Positions 52,991 to 64,000 of a DNA stretch of 64,000 nt are shown in pieces. This stretch comes from Octopus vulgaris (taxonomy: Eukaryota). The notes below the pieces were generated by a model that searched no databases, had not been told where the DNA came from, and saw nothing but the letters and a program-made list of their open reading frames with translations. The DNA is taken from positions 28,148,001-28,212,000 of the forward strand of contig OX597829.1 of NCBI GenBank assembly GCA_951406725.2, read 5' to 3'. Positions within the stretch are counted from its first letter, which is position 1. Each line of letters starts with the position of its first letter. A program made the translations under genes and the position numbers.

Positions 52991-54088
52991 CTGTGAATGT
53001 GTGTGTAAACATACATACGCGCACGTGTAGCAATCACCGCTTGACAACCGGTGCTGGCTTGTTTACGAACCAGTAACTTACTAGTTTGGTAAAAGTGTCC
53101 GATACAATAAATACCAGACTTAAAAATAAGTATTGAGATCGATCTGTTCGACTAAATCCTTCAATATGACACCCCAACCTGAAAATTTAATTCTGTAATT
53201 TTGTTTCTAATTCAACACTACAGCTACTTATATAATAAGCTATCTCAATATTTGGAGACTATAGGAGTAGTTGTCACGAATAAAATGAATATGCTGGTAT
53301 TTGTTGATATTTTTCATTTTACAACGTTCTACATAATAAACCACACGTAAATGTTTCCCCTGCTCCTAATACACGTGCTTTTAAAATAAAATATTTATTC
53401 CCTATAGTAAATATCACATTTTCATTTTAGTGTATTAAGTAAACACCAAACAATGTAATGTATACATTCCATATTTAGAATTTACACCGCAATTCTCCAC
53501 ACGTTTACCACATTTTCACACACACCATATATATATATATATATCTTAAAATTCAATAGGCCGGCGAGGAAATATGAACGCGGTCACTTGAATTGTTAGA
53601 AATAGCAGCCAACTCGCCAGTTTTAAAAAAATGTAGGCATGTTAAAATATGTAATCAAAAATACGCTGAATGAAGGACGGAAAGGTTATGGCTGGAACGC
53701 CTTTCACTTTAGGTTGCTGACTAAATTTATCTCACATACCATATTCTTCGCGTAAAGAGCAATTTCTGCTGGCTAACCCAGCATCTACAATTGATCCAAT
53801 TTAGAACGGATTAATTTTCTACAGCATCCCACATCACTTCCCAATTAACAACTGGTAATTTGTAAATCTCACTCTACAAAACAATTATGAGTTGCTGCCA
53901 TGAAAGCAACTACACCATACAATTATTCCTGTATATGACTATATGCTAATCAATGGTAATGTTAATTTATATTAATGAAGTCAAGCATTTGGCATTTATT
54001 TATTTATTGTTTCTCATTACAAGGACTTCGAATATAAATAATTTCGAGCCTGTCCTGAAAACAAAATCATTCTATACATTCTCTTTAC

Positions 54089-54203
54089 CTTTATCAGCCG
54101 CTTCGATGTGATCTTCTACCCAAGATATAAAATCAGCGACATACATCTTATCAATTTTCAACAGGAGCGACTTGAATTCTTCGGTGGCTTGTTGCAGGTC
54201 CAT
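54089..54203 (-). CDS. Exon 1 (ATG) of an uncharacterised SAM-methyltransferase-fold protein; resembles the zgc:109986/2700097O09Rik family (from recall)
   Basis: gaaATG, MDLQQATEEFKSLLLKID..FISWVEDH.., G|GTaaag donor; nine exons sum to a 945-nt open frame. Confidence 0.88.
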
Positions 54204-54560
54204 TTCAGAAACACGTGTACCTCAGAACCAAACATATGACATAATTGTTATTCAACTTTCGCAGTTAAGAGTCGACGCCGTTTACGCATGCGCACCACTT
54301 CACACCTTCCCTAAAATGTATGACCTTTCTTTGCTAAAGGCATCGCTAGGGGTGATCTTAGTACTGTCTTAGAGTATGGCTGTACCAGCGGGTCCCATGA
54401 TAATATATAGGCACACTGTGGTTGCGTATGTAGGGCCCCTGGACACATATAACTATTAAAGACGGATCTTTGGGTGTAGTACTTTACGGAGTGAGCTTAA
54501 ATCATGGGAGATTTGATAAAATGAGCACCGGCCTCATAATAGAATCCTTAGAATCACGCA
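54204..54560. promoter_or_regulatory. CpG-enriched promoter region with NRF1-like site and E-box
   Basis: tacgcatgcgca at 54283-54294; cacgtg at 54212-54217; immediately upstream of the ATG. Confidence 0.55.
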
Positions 54561-56465
54561 AAATGCATTTTGGTACCTTTCGTTCTGTGTTCAAATCCCG
54601 CTATAGTTAACAGTGCTGTTATCGATTGAATATTTTTATATAATGCATCCTTGATGTGAATAACATGATAAAAGGGAAAAAAGACTAAATGTGTCTCCAA
54701 CACAATTCGACTCTCGTACAACATGCCAATGTTAACAACCAATGTTTACTACAAGGAACTATAATTTCAATTTGGTCGAATGCCGAAATGGAATTAGCGT
54801 TAGCGATGTGTTCGGGGATGGGAAATTATTGCGATATTTAATTCCAATTTTTCAAATTCTGCAAAGGCAGACTGTATTTTCCATTCTTCCTGTATCACGC
54901 AAGTTAGTTATTTCTAAAGTTTTTTTTTCTTCTTCTCTCTTTAGAAATGTTTGAAAAAGTTGAGAGAGAGACAATACTTTTGTAGAGCACTAGTTCATAC
55001 CAATCAACCAAATAACTTTGTTTGACTGCATTATCTGTGTACATAGCAGCGACATTGTTCAGGATGTGGAAGAAAGACTCGTTTGTAGTTTTCGTCTGAG
55101 TTTTGTGGAGGGTTTACTATTTTTTGGAAGGTGAAGAATTTTGTGGTTTTGAAGGAAAACAGTTTCTAGCATACAGCTGGTGCTACATGATGTACACTCT
55201 GTAAAGTGGTTGGTATGAGGAAGGACATCCAGCTGTAGAAACTATGCCAAAGCAGAGAGTAGATCTCGGTGTTGTCTTTTGGTTTGCCAACTCCTATTAA
55301 ACCATTCACCTCTTACCAGCATGGAAAGCAAACTTTCAATGATGATGATGATACCTATGTATGCATATGTATACATACCCCCTCCCCTCACATATATATA
55401 TAGTCAGTTTTAGCCATCATGGCCATGCTGGAGGCTATGAACTAATTTTACCACAAATGAAGAAAATTTAATTCTCATATCTCGCTAAGTAAATAAATTT
55501 CTTTCTTAAAAATAAAACAAGAAAATAAATTAAATGGTAACATCATAACTATTTAAGAGAACAGAACAGGAGATAATAAAGAAATTTTCTAACAGTTTTA
55601 AAATTGCTTTCAAGAAAATTGCTATTATAGATAAGTAAACGAAAGTAATAATTTTCCATCTGAGAAAGTTATTTTCGAATCAAGAGCTCCTTTTAATTAT
55701 TCAATTAATCAGTAACTAATTTTTTAAAAATCAAATAGGTATAATTTTCATTTTTATTAGTTTTTTTCCTGACATGGATTATGATTAAGAAGGGAGGTTA
55801 CTCTAAAAACTAATGATGAAATTCAACTTGGTGTTGCAAAATAACAGGATTTGTTAAAAGTTTTAACTCTTAAGGTGGAACACAGGTATGAGTCGACTAG
55901 AATCGAGATTGCTTTAAAGAAAACTGTTGTAGAAATGGAACTTGCTATCGCTGGTATTATGTTGATTTCATATGCTATAAAAGTCAGGTATATTTGTTTG
56001 TTTATTAAATTACCTGTTTTACTAATATTGCGAAACTGCATTATTCCCAAACTTTATAACATTAATTATTAAACTAATGTTTGTTTCTCATATTTGTTTA
56101 CTTTAAATTATTATTTAAGGCAAACACAGGTAAAACGCAAATTCTTTTCACTTTAATGTTTTTGTGTATATTCGTAATCTCGAACATCTAAAATGAATGA
56201 ATCCGAAAAATATTTCTCAAGGAAATGCAACAGTAGTTGAACCGAAAACGAAGAAAATCAAAGGAAAGACACTCTATCTAATCAACAGAATTACAAGAAT
56301 GAATTTCCTTCCACAATTGAATATCAACTTTATCTGACGTATCCGTAAAGTTATCTATTCAACAACGGACAATCTTTCGTTTTGACTCTTATATCGAATG
56401 ATCGCCAAGTTCTGCGAGTTATATCGAATTATCGCCAACTTTTTTATAAATTGTACTTGTAGTCT

Positions 56466-56476
56466 ATGATATTAAG
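56466..56476 (+). CDS. Putative first coding exon of a divergent gene (MIL-R)
   Basis: ATG ATA TTA AG|GTatat within unique CpG-bearing sequence; phase 2 matches exon 59919. Confidence 0.35.
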
Positions 56477-57198
56477 GTATATGTTATAATGAAATAAGTT
56501 GTAGCTTACGATAGTTATGATAGTTTGGTTGAAATCAAGGCAGGCTGTTTTATGGTAACTGTGAAAGTTGCTGTTACGAGGTACTTGTATTTATTGAAGT
56601 TTTCAAGATTTCGTATTTGGAATTTATGTTATGAATATAACGAAATTGTTTCATTGTTAGTTTTTACTAACCTACAAACAAATATTTTATTCCAAAAAGT
56701 TACATGTTCATATATGGGGTCCACAGATGATAAGATAGCTCTCAGGAAATCCACAAGCAAAATAAGGTTGGGTACCCCTGGGACAGACGATCACATTTGA
56801 CTCCAGTGTTCAACTGGTACTTTATTTTATCAACCCCGAAAGGATGAAAGGCAAAGTTGACTTCAGTGGGACTATGCTAACCTCATTTCTTTTAACAGTA
56901 CTACTCAAATACTGCTCATTTCAAGTAAATTCTACCACACTACACCTCCACTAAACCTAAGAGGCATTCATTTACAGTCATTCCAAATGCTGGCTCTCAC
57001 TCTGGGGATTTCTCCTGGCGAAAGTACATGCTTATCAAACCTAAGACTGGCTCTTCTCTTTATGACCACGTTAGGAATACACACAGTTTTCTGTGTTACC
57101 TCCACTTATAAAAAGATAAAAAGTTGGTACTATACATTGTAACAAGCACTCACTGTAGGTACCCCCAGCCTATAAAAATATTGTATATATATATATAG

Positions 57199-57572
57199 TT
57201 GCAAGAGTGGCTGTGTGGTAAGTAGCTTGCTTACCAACCACATGGTTCCGGTTTCAGTCCCACTGCATGACATCTTGGACAAGTGTCTTCTACTATAGCT
57301 TCAGGCCAACCAAAGCCTTGTGAGTAGATTTGATGAATGGAAACTGAAAGAAGCCCATTGTATATATGTATGTGTGTGTCTGTGTTTGTCCCCCAACATC
57401 GCTTGACAACCGATGCAGGTGTGTTTATGTCCCCGTAATTTAGTGGTTTGGCAAAAGTGACTGATAGAATAAGCACTAGGCTTACAATGAATAAGTCTTG
57501 GGGTTGATCTGCTTGGCTAAAGGTGGTACTCCTGCATGGTCACAGTCAAATGACTGAAACAAATAAAAGAAT
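57199..57572 (+). mobile_element. Abundant tRNA-SINE
   Basis: Family match; tail-to-tail with the copy at 57645-58757 (-). Confidence 0.85.
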
Positions 57573-57751
57573 ATAAATCAATTAAAAAATTGTGAAGCAT
57601 GCAAGCCAAAAATTTTAATTTGTAAAAATATAATAGGTTTAACATTACTCTTACTTGTTTCAGTCATTTAACTGTGGCCATACTGGAGCACCGCCTTTAA
57701 TCGAGCAAATCGACTCCAGGACTTATTCTTTGTAAACCTAGTACTTTGTAA

Positions 57752-58425
57752 ACCTAGGTATCTTGGTGGATTCCTCCTTTTCGCCTTCGGCCCAGTGCGT
57801 CCATGCTGCCAACAAAGCACGCGGAATTCTGTTCTTGATTCGACGGTCATTCGGAATGCTCACAGCAGCCATATTCCTACCACTCTATGTCACGCTGGTG
57901 AGACCCATATTGGAGTATGGGATTCAAGCCTCTTCTCCTTATCTCCTCAAAGACATACAGCATCTCGAAAGAGTCCAGAAGCTGGCTACCCGCATGGTTC
58001 ATGGTCTCAAAAATTTGTCCTAGGAAGAAAGGCTGAGGACGCTCGACCTTTATTCTCTTGAAAAACGCCGCTGCCGTGGTGATCTCATTCTCGCCCACAA
58101 CATCATAAGCGGAAAGTGTAACCTCTCGAAAGAGCTGTTCTTCATTCCTGCTCCAGAGCGTTGGCTGCGGGGTCATTCCGAAAAGCTCTACCTGCGACGA
58201 TTTCATCTCAATCGAAGGAGAGGAGCTTTCTCCGTCCGGGTTGCGGATCCGTGGAACAAGCTGCCAGACGAGATGGTGAAGATGCCGACGACCGCTTTGT
58301 TCAAAGCCTCCCTTGACCTCAAGTGGCCTGAACTCTTTACATGAACACCACCCTGTACTTAACTCCATGTCCCCCTACATGGCCTTGCTATTTGCTTTTG
58401 AGCCAAATTAACTAACTAACTAACT
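57752..58425 (+). mobile_element. Young 5'-truncated CR1-clade LINE inserted in a SINE
   Basis: LYVTLVRPILEY..LERVQKLATRMV..RGDLI..RGH..WNKLP; single TAG at 58021; stop at 58344; (TAAC)n tail. Confidence 0.92.
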
Positions 58426-58538
58426 ACTTATTCTATCAGCTTCTTTTACCGAACCACTAAATTACGGCGACCACCATTGGTTGTCAAGCGATGTTGAGGG
58501 GGGACAACACAGACACACAAACATATACAGACACATAC

Positions 58539-58587
<49 letters not shown>

Positions 58588-59918
58588 TATATACAACTGG
58601 CTTCTTTCAGTTTCTGTCTACCAAATCCACTCACAAGGCTTTGGTCAGCCCGAGGCTATAGTAGAAGATTCTTGCCCAAGGTGTCACGCAGTGGGAATGA
58701 GCCCGGAACCATGTGGTTGATAAGCAAGCTACTTACCCCACAGTCACTCTTGCGCCTTACTAAAATTTTAATATAAATATTAAAATTGTTTCATATATTG
58801 AAATGGTAAAAGTTTTAATTAGTTGTTGTTAGCTCTTGTCAATCCTAATACAACCAACCTATCATTAAAGACATTCCATCTGTGACTAACCCATGAGTTA
58901 CATTGAATAAGATCCATTAGATTACTAATTCTCAAGTAAAAAAAAAAAATTAAGTATGGGTAAGTTGAAGAATTGTTAAATGTCGAAGACATTGCTAGAT
59001 GTTGCTCATTTCATAATAGGACAGCCCTGATCCAGTAAACCAAGGAGCAAAGATACTCCTGCTATGATCCTCCCATCTTTTTCTTGTCCAAGGAACCTAG
59101 GACTACAATATCCAATGTGTCTTTTTTTTTAAGATGGTAGGGTATGATTTGAGGGAGATTTGACTGTTTTTTCCAGCAATTGATGAACCACATAGAAGCT
59201 CCTTTATTTGTTCAACTGGTAGAGGTATGCAGAAGAAGTATAACAAGCAGAGAGAAGTAGTCAAGCAGTGTAGTTACATAGTCACATAGTTATATGTAGT
59301 TGTAATAGACAGTAAAGATGTTAAAAATATGTAGTTTAATCAAATATGATAATGGTGGCATTCACATACACAATGAGAAAGATGTACTGCAAAAAGATCC
59401 AAGATTGCCATCATGGAAACATTGCCTGCACCCCCAGGTTCTATAAAGTGATCTAAATTTTTAAAAAAAAACCTTCAATCAAAATTTCATGCTACAAGTT
59501 AATTTACGAAATTCTTCATTATTTTCAAAAGTAATTGAAACAAAAGCAGTGTATTTCAACTGAAATATGGTAATAAGGCAGCGGATTGGCAGAAACGTTA
59601 GCACGCCGGGTGAAATGCTTAGCTGTATTTCGTCTGCTGTTACATTCTGAGGTCAACTTTGCCTTTCATCCTTTCGGGGTCGATAAATTAAGTAACAGTT
59701 ACACACTGGGGTCGATCTAATCGACTTAACCTTTTTGTCTGTCCTTGTTTGTACCCTCTATGTTTAGCCTCTTGTGGGCAATAAAGAAATAAGAAATAGG
59801 TAATAGATGGTTAAACTGATGTGAATATATAAAAAAAATATGGAGGATATTATTGAATTAAGTATCTTTTTATTGAATCCATTGATGATTCACTTCAAAT
59901 TTTTTGTTGTTTTTACAG

Positions 59919-59963
59919 GTTAAAGAGTAACAGCTATAAAACAATCATAAGACAATTAATAAG
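59919..59963 (+). CDS. Putative exon 2 of the divergent gene (LKSNSYKTIIRQLI)
   Basis: Strong T-rich tract + ttacAG acceptor, AG|GTtagt donor, 45 nt, open in phase 2. Confidence 0.5.
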
Positions 59964-61576
59964 GTTAGTTTGTTTATTATCACCATGGAATTATAATCAT
60001 TTCATTAAAATTTCTTTCTTAAATTCAGTTTTTGTTTCCAAATTTATGTATAAAATCATCGTCATCATCATCATTTTTTTAACATCTACTTTTCATTACT
60101 TGCAAGGGTCAAGTAGAATCCACTCCAGCCACACTTCTATAATTGAGCAGCTGTATAGTTCCTCTGCATCAGAAGTTCTCAGCACGGGCAGTACCACCCG
60201 CAAGGGGGCACTGGGCATGTTGTAGGGGGTGGTGAGGTAACATAATTAACATACTAAATTTTTATAGTAATTGTATTATACATGATAAAATAGTAACGGT
60301 TATTAAAATAAAATGAGATTTCATTAGGCATAAGGAAGTCATTAACTTGCAATGCATTAACTTGCAATTTACAACTTTTGCCTGTATTAATTTTTTTTTT
60401 TTACCATTTCACTGTTAGAAGCTTATACAATCCATTTTTAAAGTAAAATTTATAAATTATCATCCATGTTAAGTTAGTTTAGTCGTGATATCTCACTTAC
60501 CACTTAGGTGGACGTCAGGCATAACAATTATTTAAAAAATGGGGTGCTACAAAGCAAAAGGTTAAGAACTATTGCTCTATATCAAGAAACTTGTTCTTTT
60601 GTGGTCCCTTCTTTCACATCCTAACCTCTTATATTCTAGCATAAAGCTACCATTCTTCCTACTTTAGCCCAACTCAATTAAAGGGCAGGATCTTGGTCTT
60701 GTATGTTATATGGTGACCTCACTAATGCTGGTATCATGAAAAAAGCACCCAGTACACTCTGTACTGTGAGTGGCATTAGGAATGCCATCCAGCCATACAA
60801 ACCATTCCAGGCAGATATTAGAGCATGATACAGTTCTGTGGAATATGTCAGATCCTATCAAACTGTTCAACCTACGCTAGCATGGAAAATGGATGTTGAG
60901 TGATGATGACGACAAATTACATATAATTTGTATGTGTGTATGTATATATTTATTCATACTCATACTGATGTACATAGATATATACATCCAATATATAAAG
61001 ATCTGAAAGCAGAGATCATTAGCACAGCAGACAAAATGCTTAGTAGCATTTCATCCATCTTTACATTCTAAATTCAAACTTTCCCTTTCATCCTTTTGGG
61101 ATCAATAAAATAAGCTCCGGTTTGTCACTGAAGCTGATATTATTGACTTACCCTACCTCCTTGAAATTGCTGGCCTTGTACCAAAATTGGAACACAATTG
61201 TTATTATAATTGTGGAGATGACTGAATGACAAGCAAAATAGAGACAGACTGACAGACAGATATATAGAGAGAGATAATGAGGGGAAAGAGAGATAGAAAC
61301 CACAACAAATGTTAGTTTAATAATAAATTTTTAGAGAGTTACTTCCCTTATATATGCCAAAAATGCATTAAAAATGGGGAAAATTGATGGTAAATTTTTT
61401 TTAAAATCGTAGACTCATCGTTGATGCGCACTAATACCCAGAAGGGCTCGATATGAATCACGACTATAAGATACCCGGTTTTGGTTAAGCTGCACTGCAA
61501 AATGTGGGAGTAGTTAGGAATCTAAATCATAGGAGACAGACAGCACACAACCTCACTTTTATATATAAAGATATGA

Positions 61577-62063
61577 TATGTGACAATTATTCGGTTGCCT
61601 TAATAAGACTCCGAGTTTCGGATGTCGGGGCAGAAAACTGCTCTGGCATCTCGTTAGTTATCGAGGCAATCAAAAAATGCTGTGAAAATGACCATTAAAC
61701 AAGGGGAAATTACTGTGTAATTTATCATTATTAAGACAAAAGAGCTATTAGAATGACCGTTAAATAGGGGGGAAAAACTGGTGTGCACGCATGTGTATGT
61801 ACATGTGCACATAAGCGATTTCTATGAGCATTTTTACTTCTTTACTTCCCCCCCACTTCGTTTTTTTTTCCCTTATTTAACGGTCATTCTAATAGCTCTT
61901 TTGTCTTAATAACAGTCAATTACATAGTAATTTCCCTTCGTTTAACGGCCATTTTCATAGCATTTTGTGATTGCCTCAATAACTGATAAGATGCCGGAGC
62001 AGTTTTCCACCTCGTCATCCAAAACTCAGAGTCTTATTATGGCAACCGAATAATTGTCACATA
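61577..62063. mobile_element. Foldback MITE with ~200-bp inverted arms
   Basis: atatgtgacaattattcggttgcc...ggcaaccgaataattgtcacatat. Confidence 0.9.
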
Positions 62064-62294
62064 TTATTTTACAGACATGTATATATATATATATATATAT
62101 TTTTTACATACACTTTTTATCTGTTTCTGTCATTGAACTGTGGCCATGCTGGGACACTACCTTGAAGGGTACTTATTCTGATGACCTCTTTTGCTGAACC
62201 ACTAAGTCATGGGATGTAAACAAATCAATATTAGACACTAGTTGTCAAGCAGTGGTGGGAGACAAACACAGACATGTCATAAGATGTACCTGAT

Positions 62295-64000
62295 GTAATC
62301 TGTGGACACATAAGAGGTGCAGCAATATCAGAGGAAAGTTAACAGGGAAAATAATTTTTGTGTGTGGAAGGTGCACAGGTATAATTAATACCAAGCATGT
62401 ACAGAACATAAACTCCATCAAATGCCAGGGGTGGAAAACTAGAAGAAGTCTGTTGTGGGGGTGGATGCACTGAGAGCATAGCTGCTAAAATAAGAATAGG
62501 GTGGATAAAGTTCAGAGAGCTCCTACCTCTGTTGGTAACAAAGATCCTCTCCCTCAGAGTGAAAGGCAGATTGTATGAAGCCTGTGTGCAAACAGTCATG
62601 CTACACAGCAGTGAAACATTGGCTATGACTGCCAAGGCTTGAAAGAAATGAAGCTAGCATACTTTGCTGGATATGCAATGTCAGTGTGCATGTATGACAG
62701 AATGTAAGCATCTTAAGAGAAAAGTTTGGCATAAGAGACATCAGATGTGGTGTGCAAGAGAGATGACTGTGCTGGTATGGTCATGTGATGCATATGGACA
62801 AGGACAGCTGTGTAAAGTGTCGATCTCTAACTGTGGCGGGAACCTGTGGAAGAGCCAGACCTAGGGCAAGGTAGTAAAGCATGCTCTTTGAATGTTGGAC
62901 TTCACAGAGGCAATAGCAAGTGATCAAGACCTTTGGTAATATGACGTGCTTGAGAAAATCTATCAAGTCAAGTGAAATCGCAGTCATGGTTGATGCCAGT
63001 GTTGCGTAACTGGCACTCAGACTGGTGGCATGTATAAGGCACCCTTGAAATGTTGGGCAATATGTTGTGCTTAAAGATAACCTGTCAAACCTAGTGAAAT
63101 CGTTGTCATTGCCAATGCCAGTGTTGCATAACTGACTCCCATGTCAGTGGCATGTAAAATGCACCCTTCGAACTTTGGGTCTCCCAGAGGTAGTGACAAG
63201 TGATGCAGAGTGAAGCCGCTTGCCAAAGATTAACCTTGATCTCTGCTGTGCATGCACACTAAGTTTTAGCTTTCTGGCTCACTTCCACTGTGCCAAGTTT
63301 GTTCCAAGACTCTTTTCTGCTGACCAAAATGACAATCGGGTTTCAGTTGCACAAGATCTCCTTCATTATGTTGAGAACAATGAAAACTTTACATAGGCCT
63401 CCGAGCAGGTATTGCTAAGCTTTTGGCAAATTTTGATGCAAATTCTGTGCTCAGCTTTCTCTGTCATGATCAATGTAATGATCACACGCTACACACCTTC
63501 CTTCCAAGCACTGCTGTAAACTACGGAAGTAAGCTAGAATATTAAAACTTAGTGTGCATGCACAACAGAGTTGAAGGTCACTTTGTGTGCTTTGGCTTCA
63601 TTACTGTGGCAACAGTCCAGATACTTATTGATCAGACCACGTATGTCATATACATGTGTGAAGCATGATCTTCAAATGTTGAGCCTCACAGAGGCAATGA
63701 CAAGCAACTGAAACCCTTGGCAATATGCTGTGCATGAGAACCTGTCAAGCCAATGCCAGTATCACATAACTGACCCGTTAAAAGCACCCTTCAAATATTG
63801 GGCAATATGCTGTGCTTGTGAAGATCTGTTGAACCAAGTGAAATCAGTTATGGACGATGCCAGTGCTGGTGGCATGTAAAAAGTATCATTTGAGTGTTGG
63901 GGCTCATGGAGGCAGTGACAGGTGACCAAGACCCTTGGCAATATACTGAGCTTGTGTTGACCTGTCAAGCCAAGTGAGACCATAGTTGTGGCCAATGCCT
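62295..64000 (+). mobile_element. RTE LINE 3' region with repeated tail units, interrupted by a mariner remnant (about 63206-63642)
   Basis: IRIGWIKFRELLPLL..SLRVKGRLYEACV..ET motifs; mariner AKFVPRL and TIR-like ..attgatcagaccacgta. Confidence 0.8.

Overview
AT-rich, repeat-dense eukaryotic genomic DNA. The SINE/RTE/microsatellite content suggests an octopus (coleoid cephalopod); this is inference. Almost all ORFs in the track are spurious, and the real genes are spliced. (1) A + strand secreted chitin-binding (CBM14) protein gene has exons at 5463-5771 and 7242-7417, plus a probable signal-peptide microexon at 387-409. (2) A complete 9-exon - strand gene (54203 to 29383, 945 nt CDS, 314 aa, all splice phases consistent) encodes an uncharacterised class I SAM-methyltransferase-fold protein. 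(3) The probable first two exons of a divergent + strand gene (56466-56476, 59919-59963) resemble a mitochondrial presequence. (4) An orphan terminal-exon-like ORF lies at 19916-20116 (-). Mobile DNA includes a full-length DD36E Tc1-like transposon, mariner and piggyBac relics, a Naiad-type Penelope-like element, RTE/CR1/R4-like LINE pieces, Helitron-like elements, MITEs and many tRNA-SINEs. The most notable hidden layer is eight hammerhead-ribozyme-like motifs from several unrelated small elements. One has a fully intact core, and one lies on the sense strand of a host intron. Repeat boundaries were read by eye and are approximate.
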